In this document: piece by piece, positions 25,721 to 32,592 of the stretch
Position numbering within the stretch: position 1 is the stretch's first letter
Layout: each line of letters begins with the position of its first letter
Position numbers and translations under genes: made by a program
Notes under the pieces: model-generated
Seen by the model: the letters and a program-made list of their open reading frames with translations, nothing else
What the model was told of the DNA's origin: nothing
Databases searched by the model: none
Origin: an uncultured archaeon
Lineage (GTDB): Archaea; Asgardarchaeota; Lokiarchaeia; Sigyniarchaeales; SOKP01
Assembly: GCA_964447495.1 (NCBI GenBank)
Contig: CAYUTF010000017.1
Location: forward strand, 17,904-50,495
Length of the DNA: 32,592 nt
Reading direction: 5' to 3'

Positions 25721-25878
25721 AATTGAGAAAAATTTTTAAGATATTTATAGCTTATTAAGCTGTTCAATACAAAAAAGTAAAAATTAGAAAAATGAATCTA
25801 ATCGATGATTAACAAAAATCTAAAAAGTTTTTTATTAAAATTGAATTCTAATCTTTAAATATTCGATAATTGTGAAAA

Positions 25879-27015
25879 ATGATGATTAAACCAATTGGAT
25901 ATAGTAAAAAAAGAGCTCAAGAAGTATTGAACAAGTATAATATTGATTTATTGATTGCCTCAACACCAGTAAATGTATTTTATACAACTGGTTTACCTGT
26001 TACTCATGTAGCGCCCAATCCAATATTATATGTTTTATCTAATCAGTATCCTAATCTTTCCTTAGTCCGTAAGGATGGTGAGGAGAGTGCTATTGTATGG
26101 TCGCTATATGATAGCGTAGAAGAATTTTCGTGGGTACCTCCTAGTGATGTTTTTCGCGTAGGATCCCTAGAAGGCGCAGTAAAGAAGCTTATAGAAAAAA
26201 TCGAGGAATGGGGTTTAGTAGATAAAACTATAGGTCTTGAGTCGTATATGCCACGATATCAATCTGAAGCTTTACGAGCAAAATTTCCTAATGCAAAATT
26301 TGTTAATGGAGATCAAGCGTTTATTGGAATGCGATTGATTAAAACTGAGGAGGAGATAAGAAGAATAAAGAAATCAACAGAAGTTGCAGAAAAAGCAATA
26401 AACACTTGTATAGAAGCAGTTAAATTAGATATGAAGGATACTGAGCTTTTGCAACTTGCAAGAAGAACTATTGTAGATGAGGGGGCGTGGGGATGGGATC
26501 ATTTAACTATGAGTATTGGATCGTCAGATCCAGAAGCTCCAGGATTAGGAACACCTGTAACTCCGAATGATATTGTTCGATTTGATTTTGGTGCAGTCTG
26601 GGAAGGATATATTTCAGATGTTAGTAGAGGGGTAGTAATTGGTGAAGTTCCGAAGAAGGCACAAGAAGCAATGGAGTATATGATCCAAGTTCAAGAATTT
26701 TGCGCAGATAATATTAAATCAGGAGTTAATGCTAAAGAATTTAAAGTGGAAGCAACAAATTATTTAAAATCATTAACCAAAAGGGGCTTTTATCTGATTA
26801 CAGCACACAGCATTGGCCTTGAGTGTGAAGAAACTCACTTATTTGGTCCTAGTAGTGCAATGGATGTACCTTTTGAAAGAAATATGGTCCTCGATCTCGA
26901 AGTATGGCTCAATGTTCGCGGGCAAGGGTTGGTAGGAGTAGAAGATTGTTATCGAGTCAATGATTCTGGATGTGAAAGATTGTCTAAACTAAATAAAGAA
27001 ATAGTAGTAAAATAG
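25879..27015 (+). CDS. M24 family (Xaa-Pro peptidase/creatinase-like) hydrolase
   Basis: NVFYTTG, R.IKT.EEI, DFG....GYISDVSR, HSIGL, DLE, GVED. Confidence 0.9.
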   Translation: MMIKPIGYSKKRAQEVLNKYNIDLLIASTPVNVFYTTGLPVTHVAPNPILYVLSNQYPNLSLVRKDGEESAIVWSLYDSVEEFSWVPPSDVFRVGSLEGAVKKLIEKIEEWGLVDKTIGLESYMPRYQSEALRAKFPNAKFVNGDQAFIGMRLIKTEEEIRRIKKSTEVAEKAINTCIEAVKLDMKDTELLQLARRTIVDEGAWGWDHLTMSIGSSDPEAPGLGTPVTPNDIVRFDFGAVWEGYISDVSRGVVIGEVPKKAQEAMEYMIQVQEFCADNIKSGVNAKEFKVEATNYLKSLTKRGFYLITAHSIGLECEETHLFGPSSAMDVPFERNMVLDLEVWLNVRGQGLVGVEDCYRVNDSGCERLSKLNKEIVVK

Positions 27016-27027
27016 AGGTTATCTAAA

Positions 27028-27807
27028 ATGAGAATGGAAGATAAAATAGTTGTATTAACAGGTGCAGCTTCAGGTATTGGACAAGCTACAGCGAAATTAT
27101 TCGCAAGTGAAGGTGCTATTCAAATCTTATCTGATATCGATGAAGAAGGTTTAAAAAAAACATTTAATATGCTAAGAGAAGAAGAACAAAATAAGACTAC
27201 AATAATGAAAATTGATGTGAGAAAATCAGAAGAAGTAAAAGAGATGATGGAGCATGTTATTAAAGTATATGAAAGAATTGATGTTTTGATTGTGAATGCT
27301 GGTGTTGTACGAGTAGGTCCCGTCGAGACTTTTCCAGATGAAGATTATGATTTGTTAATTGATGTTAACTTAAAAGGTACACATTATACGTGTAAATATG
27401 CTGTTCCGTATTTCAAAAAACAAAAATTTGGGTCAATTATAACATTAGCTTCTGTTGCGGCTCACATCGGCCAGGTAGCTCATGCTAACTATTGTTCAAC
27501 GAAAGCAGGGGTTCTTGGTTATACACGAGCATTAGCGTTAGATTTAGCACCATATAATGTTAGAGTAAATAGTGTTTCACCCGGAGCAACTGATACTCCA
27601 ATGTTACAAAGCGATGTTGCAAAACAAGCTCGCGACAGAGGTGTATCCTATGAAGAGGTTAAAAAGGAGTTTGAAAAAGAAGGAGTATTAGGACGTTGGG
27701 CAACACCCGAAGAAATTGCCAATGGAATCCTCTTTTTAGCATCTAAAGAATCCTCATATATCACCGGTGCTGATTTAAGGATTGATGGAGGATGGACCAC
27801 AAGATAA
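27028..27807 (+). CDS. Classical SDR oxidoreductase
   Basis: TGAASGIG, NAG, YCSTK, VSPG.TDTPM, DGG. Confidence 0.93.
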   Translation: MRMEDKIVVLTGAASGIGQATAKLFASEGAIQILSDIDEEGLKKTFNMLREEEQNKTTIMKIDVRKSEEVKEMMEHVIKVYERIDVLIVNAGVVRVGPVETFPDEDYDLLIDVNLKGTHYTCKYAVPYFKKQKFGSIITLASVAAHIGQVAHANYCSTKAGVLGYTRALALDLAPYNVRVNSVSPGATDTPMLQSDVAKQARDRGVSYEEVKKEFEKEGVLGRWATPEEIANGILFLASKESSYITGADLRIDGGWTTR

Positions 27808-27827
27808 GATTTTAGAGTATATTATCT

Positions 27828-28577
27828 TTACATCGTCATACCGCCATCAACTAAAAGACTTACACCTGTACAGAATTCATTTGTAGCTAAAAATAAAACC
27901 CCTTCTGCTATTTCCTCTGGTTTTCCAAGACGTTTTAGTGGTTGTCGATCGATATATTCTTGTCTAACTTTATCATAATCCCCACCACGACTCTTAATTC
28001 TTTCTGCTAGAGAAGGAGTATCCGTAGTTCCGGGACAAATTGCATTTACACGAATATTGTCTTCAAGATAATCCGAAGCCATCGCTCTCGTCATTGAAAG
28101 GACAGCTCCTTTAGATGCGGTATAAGCAGCACGATTAGAAACTCCTTTGAAAGCTACCGAAGAAGCGTTATTTATGATACATCCTTTATTTTTCTTCAAA
28201 TAAGGAATTGCATATTTTGATACTAAATAAACGCCTCGAACATTTACAGCCATTGTTCGATCCCAATCTTTAGTGGAAAGAGAATCTATAGTTCCTCCCA
28301 AAACAATGCCAGCGTTATTAAACAAGATGTCAATCTTTTTATACGCTTTAATTGTTTCCTCAATTAAATTTCTTGCCTCTTGCTCGTTTGAAACATCTCC
28401 TTGCACAAAAATTGCTTCTCCTCCGTTCTTGATTATATCATTTACGACGCCTAATGCGGATTGAGATATAGAATTACAACTGACCTTAGCGCCTTCTTTA
28501 GCGAATAATTTAGCTGTAGCTTCTCCTATGCCTGCCCCTGCGCCAGTTATTATTACTACTTTATCTTTAAGTTTCAT
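27828..28577 (-). CDS. Classical SDR, 2-keto-3-deoxy-L-fuconate dehydrogenase/BDH2-like
   Basis: TGAGAGIG, NNAG, NR..YTASK, NAICPGTTDTPSLAERI, RQPL.RLG.PEEIA. Confidence 0.85.
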   Translation of the reverse strand: MKLKDKVVIITGAGAGIGEATAKLFAKEGAKVSCNSISQSALGVVNDIIKNGGEAIFVQGDVSNEQEARNLIEETIKAYKKIDILFNNAGIVLGGTIDSLSTKDWDRTMAVNVRGVYLVSKYAIPYLKKNKGCIINNASSVAFKGVSNRAAYTASKGAVLSMTRAMASDYLEDNIRVNAICPGTTDTPSLAERIKSRGGDYDKVRQEYIDRQPLKRLGKPEEIAEGVLFLATNEFCTGVSLLVDGGMTM

Positions 28578-28607
28578 AACTACAACACTTTAATTTTTAA
28601 TTAAGTA

Positions 28608-29417
28608 TTATATACCAATAATTTTTCTTGCTTCAGAAGGATCGGCAACTTCACGATTCATTTCTCTGCTAATTTTAATCATTCTTGAAACTAACTCTGC
28701 ATTATTCTTCGCAGGACGTCCTTCTTTTATAAAAGGATAATCCTCTGTCCCTATTCTCACATTTCCTCCATTTGCAATAGATAGCATTGCAATTTTCGTT
28801 TGTTCATTTCCCATAATGCTTACCGTATGGAGACAATTCTCAGGCATATATTTGACTCTGTGAAGATATTCATCTGGCGTAGGAGGAGACCAAGTTCCAC
28901 CTGGCCAATTAAAAAAAAGGGTTAATACATGCGGAGGTTCTAATAATCCTTTATCAATTAAATACTCTAAATTCCAATAAGAGCCAGTATGCCAAACCTC
29001 CCATTCGGGCTTTATATTAAATTTCTTACAAGTAATACAGTATTGTTCTAATTCATCAAGATCATGCAGTTGGTTTACAGCTATTCCTGTAAAATGCTCA
29101 TCATGATGATTAAGAATAATTGAAAGCATATCTGGTTTTGCATAAAAATCAGGAGCTCTATCCTCTATTGGATAGCTGGACATCCCTCCTTGGATAATAA
29201 TATCACATCTTTCCCTGATTCTTTTTACTGTATCTGCTTCTTCTCCTCTTGGAAGGTGAACATGAGCGATAGCGGCTCCCGCCTCGTAACATTGAACTAC
29301 ATCCTCTATTAAAGCATCAGTAGTTTCCGCCCAATTTTTTACGTTTGGAAATATCCAAGAATTCGCGGTGGTCGCGGTAATTATCATCTTTTCACTATTT
29401 AGGATCAAAATAATCAC
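28608..29417 (-). CDS. Beta-keto acid cleavage enzyme (BKACE/DUF849, Kce-like)
   Basis: IITA, AGAAIAHVH, KPEWE, GGNVRIGTED, N.ELV, A.P.EAR..+G; start may be 29387. Confidence 0.9.
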   Translation of the reverse strand: MIILILNSEKMIITATTANSWIFPNVKNWAETTDALIEDVVQCYEAGAAIAHVHLPRGEEADTVKRIRERCDIIIQGGMSSYPIEDRAPDFYAKPDMLSIILNHHDEHFTGIAVNQLHDLDELEQYCITCKKFNIKPEWEVWHTGSYWNLEYLIDKGLLEPPHVLTLFFNWPGGTWSPPTPDEYLHRVKYMPENCLHTVSIMGNEQTKIAMLSIANGGNVRIGTEDYPFIKEGRPAKNNAELVSRMIKISREMNREVADPSEARKIIGI

Positions 29418-29502
29418 TTAAAAACTAAATTAGATACTATTTTTAGAAATTATTTGTGAGTTATAAATTATCTTTTCATATGAATATTTAGTACAACTTG
29501 AT

Positions 29503-30540
29503 TTATCTCGTGACTCTTCCAGAAAGATCTCCTTTCATAATTTTCTGTACTTCTTCTACAGACACTAAATTGAAGTCGCCAAAGATCGTATGCTTCAAAC
29601 AAGATGATGCTACCGCAAAATTTAAAGCTTTTTGAAGATCGTCTTTAAAATTAAGTAGACCATATATCAAACCAGCGACAAATGAATCTCCGCCGCCAAC
29701 TCTATCAATAATGTGAGTTATATCATAGTGAGGGGCGATATACATTTGTTTTTTATCATAAAGAATTCCAGACCAGGTATTATGGCTAGCAGATAATGAC
29801 CCACGCAATGTAATGGCAATAAATTTTAAGTTTGGATAATGTTGAGCCATTCGCTCAACCACATACTTGTATTTGTTCGGATCTATTTTTCCAGAAGTGA
29901 TGTCTGTATCGGGAGCTTTTATCCCAAGGACTTTATCAGCATCCTCTTCATTTCCAATGGCAATATCGCATAAACTTAATAGTTTTGGCATGATATCTGA
30001 TGCTTTCTTCCCATAATTCCAGAGTTTATTTCTAAAATTAAGGTCACATGAAATTGTTATTCCTTTAGATTTTGCTATTTTTATTGCTTCTAAGCATATA
30101 TCGGCTAAGTTTTGAGATATTGCAGGTGTTATTCCTGTCCAGTGGAACCACGATACTCCTTTAAAATTTCTTTGCCAATCAAACATCTCTGGTGTGGCAG
30201 TAGCTATCGCAGAATTGGCTCGATCATATATGACTTGACTTGAACGAGCTGATGCACCCACTTCAAGAAAGTATATTCCCATCCTTTCTCCTCCGAATAT
30301 AATCTTATCAGTATTGACGCCATATTGTCGTAAATATTGAATACATGCCCTGCCTATGTCATTCTTAGGTAATCGGGTCACAAAATCAACGGGTATTCCG
30401 AAATTTGCTAGAGATACTGCTACATTTGCCTCACCACCACCATATATTGCTTCAAAAGATCTTGCTTGGGTGAATCTTTTAAAATTGGGAGGTGAAAGCC
30501 TTAACATAATTTCCCCAAAAGTAAGAACAGAACTTTGCAA
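29503..30540 (-). CDS. kdgK: 2-dehydro-3-deoxygluconokinase (PfkB family)
   Basis: FGEIMLRLSP, GGGEANVA, YDRA.SA, HWTGITPA, DRVGGGDSF, KHTIFGD. Confidence 0.88.
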   Translation of the reverse strand: MQSSVLTFGEIMLRLSPPNFKRFTQARSFEAIYGGGEANVAVSLANFGIPVDFVTRLPKNDIGRACIQYLRQYGVNTDKIIFGGERMGIYFLEVGASARSSQVIYDRANSAIATATPEMFDWQRNFKGVSWFHWTGITPAISQNLADICLEAIKIAKSKGITISCDLNFRNKLWNYGKKASDIMPKLLSLCDIAIGNEEDADKVLGIKAPDTDITSGKIDPNKYKYVVERMAQHYPNLKFIAITLRGSLSASHNTWSGILYDKKQMYIAPHYDITHIIDRVGGGDSFVAGLIYGLLNFKDDLQKALNFAVASSCLKHTIFGDFNLVSVEEVQKIMKGDLSGRVTR

Positions 30541-30654
30541 TTTAATGCTCTCTTATTTAATTAATCTATGCTGTTACATGATCTAATTATCCTTATTATA
30601 TTAAATATAGATGCTAAAAAAAAATTAATAAAAAAAGAATTTAAAAAGTGCAGT

Positions 30655-31221
30655 TTATAATTTTGAACCGCAAAACGCACAATATTGGGAGCCTTCTCTG
30701 ACTTTATTTCCACAATATACACAATAAGTTTTTCCTTCTGAAGGAAGTGCGGAGTCTAGATTTTTAGGAGCTACAAAGTTCTCTACAGGAGCATATTTAA
30801 CTTCTTCACCTAATATAATCTCTCCTGTATCTGAGTTAAAACGATACGTTATCTCTCCCCTTGCTCGTAAATCCACTAAAACTCTAAGCACATCTTTTGG
30901 TTTTATTCCAACCTCAAGAGCTAAATCTTCTAAGTTAAATATTCCCTGTCCTCCACGATCTAAGATAGCATTCTTAACGGCATTTTTAAATTTATTATTA
31001 GTATAAATTTGTTGGAAACCACCTATAAAAATAAAGAATGCGGGAATAAAGAACCAGTATCCCCAGGCAGAAAGTGCAATTATGTCGAATGTGGGAAAAC
31101 TTCTCAACACTAAAGACAATATTGCGACAAACAAGAAAACTATTGCTGTTGCGAATGTTCCTATTGCGGCTTCATACTTTTGCTTTGAATAATATCGGTG
31201 TTTATCTATATCATATGGCAT
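30655..31221 (-). CDS. Membrane protein: 2 TM + wHTH/PCI-like domain + C-terminal zinc ribbon
   Basis: Two hydrophobic helices; LEDLALEVGIKPKDVLRVLVDLRARGEI; CVYCG...CAFCG. Confidence 0.7.
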   Translation of the reverse strand: MPYDIDKHRYYSKQKYEAAIGTFATAIVFLFVAILSLVLRSFPTFDIIALSAWGYWFFIPAFFIFIGGFQQIYTNNKFKNAVKNAILDRGGQGIFNLEDLALEVGIKPKDVLRVLVDLRARGEITYRFNSDTGEIILGEEVKYAPVENFVAPKNLDSALPSEGKTYCVYCGNKVREGSQYCAFCGSKL

Positions 31222-31381
31222 TTCTACATCACTTTTTTTTTGGATATCAAATTTCTTACAAAATTAATACGTATATTACTTTAAGATTTAAAATTAAAAT
31301 ATATATATTTAGATTTTAGAGTCCAATTTTTATCGAACTCTTTGTTATAATAATTAAAAGATAACTTAATATTAGTAATAA

Positions 31382-32592
31382 TTAAAAAATATCGAATGCT
31401 TTTCCCATCCAATAGATGACTAGATAAGAATTAGGTATGACTTGTTTCAATCCATTATCCTCCGGTTTGTTATCCCCTCCTTTTCCAAAAAACTTGCTGT
31501 GTTCCCACTCAAAATGATGTACCCCCATTTCCGAAACGGTTAATGGTAATAAATATTGAACATCATTAAAATTAATTAAGTCTCCAAGCCAAGCAAATAA
31601 AGTGCCATAAATGTTGTTCTCGAAGAAATCTTGCCATTTTGCTCTATTGAGATTAATTTCCATTTTTGCTATTTCTGGATTAAGACTGGTTGCGCGAGTT
31701 GAATTTGGCCGGACCGTTAAGTTATAGTTTCTAATTCCATTACCCCATCCCGAAGTGTTGAATCTCCATAATTGGTCAAGGATATCCCATTTAATCATCT
31801 CATCATTATATTCTTGTTTTTCAAAAAGACGAGAATCTGGAACAAGAGTCATAAACGCAAGATGTATGACATTAAAATAGGCATTCCTATGATATCTCAA
31901 ATAGTCGTAAAAGCCTCTTTCAAAATTCTTAATATAGTGTAATTGTAATTGGGGATTATCTTCTAGAATAATTAAGGAGAACATCACATCCATAGAAAAT
32001 GCTAAGGCATAAGTATCATATGCGGTGTTTGCCCTATCAGATTTGCCTAAACTGTTCATTGAAAGCATCTTGGCAGCAGCATAATTATAGAGCGATTCGT
32101 ATTTTTCTGGAAGTGCCGTAGCACCGATTCTTAATAAGGTAATTTGCCACGGACTTCCTTCAAAAATAGGATTGAGATCAGACCCAGTTGGTTCTCCATT
32201 ACCTCCTAAAACGAGCCAGTTTGTTTTTCTAAATCCTTCAATCATTTGTTCGGTTAATAATTTTATTCTTTCTACACACCATCTACTATCCTCATTAACA
32301 GTAGGATCGATAAATTTTAAGACTGATGCAAAACCTAAATAATAGCCCGCAAGTTCGTCTCTACTGGTATGTAACCGAACTCTCCAATTATGATATTTAC
32401 CTGTTCCGTTAAAATGACGAGAATTTGGATTTTCAGAATCTTGATCAAAGAGCCATTCATGATATTTTTTATTTTCTGGAGCACTCACAAACCTAGCGGG
32501 AGTCCCGGGATACTCTGGTCCGATGCCTCCATTTGGTGCTGCCAGCATATTACTAAACCCAGAAACACATTTTTTTACCATTCTTGTTGCAT
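31382..32592 (-). CDS. 5'-truncated hypothetical protein (aromatic-rich, possibly extracellular)
   Basis: Frame stays open to the window edge; more than 399 aa; no confident family. Confidence 0.7.
   Translation of the reverse strand, partial: ATRMVKKCVSGFSNMLAAPNGGIGPEYPGTPARFVSAPENKKYHEWLFDQDSENPNSRHFNGTGKYHNWRVRLHTSRDELAGYYLGFASVLKFIDPTVNEDSRWCVERIKLLTEQMIEGFRKTNWLVLGGNGEPTGSDLNPIFEGSPWQITLLRIGATALPEKYESLYNYAAAKMLSMNSLGKSDRANTAYDTYALAFSMDVMFSLIILEDNPQLQLHYIKNFERGFYDYLRYHRNAYFNVIHLAFMTLVPDSRLFEKQEYNDEMIKWDILDQLWRFNTSGWGNGIRNYNLTVRPNSTRATSLNPEIAKMEINLNRAKWQDFFENNIYGTLFAWLGDLINFNDVQYLLPLTVSEMGVHHFEWEHSKFFGKGGDNKPEDNGLKQVIPNSYLVIYWMGKAFDIF

Noticed and set aside
1510-31319. Many 60-140 aa antisense or overlapping ORFs in the track (e.g. 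1510, 6490, 19587, 21626, 23715, 31074)
   Set aside because: They are shadows of well-supported genes and carry no recognisable motifs.

Overview
AT-rich archaeal-looking DNA, most consistent with an Asgard (Lokiarchaeia-like) genome. That assignment is an inference from the gene repertoire, the C-terminal TM+basic sorting signal and the low GC. The centrepiece is a 9-gene complex I-superfamily operon (5674-13896). Its catalytic subunit has the two-Cys MBS/Mbx (sulfane-sulfur reductase) signature (RICVLD...DNCPADHDR) rather than the four-Cys [NiFe] site. It also has a NuoI-NuoB-NuoD triple fusion, a tandem-Cys N2 motif and a separate NuoA. Its NuoL-like subunit has lost essentially every canonical proton-channel charged residue and carries a recent 75-bp duplication in the lateral helix. 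Also present: an extended SDR / SCP2-like / divergent ALDH / SCP2-like operon; an aKMT-like methyltransferase; an orphan Imm5-like gene beside an EVE-like remnant; an orphan EutA with an N-terminal Zn-finger extension, divergent from a wHTH gene; a tyrosine-recombinase remnant followed by a SnoaL + RDH-like SDR + phytoene-desaturase-like cluster with two paralogous unknown membrane-anchored proteins; and a sugar-acid-type catabolic cluster (Gfo/Idh/MocA, M24, two SDRs, BKACE, KdgK). No rRNA, tRNA or CRISPR array was recognised. All family assignments come from motif recognition by eye, not database searches.
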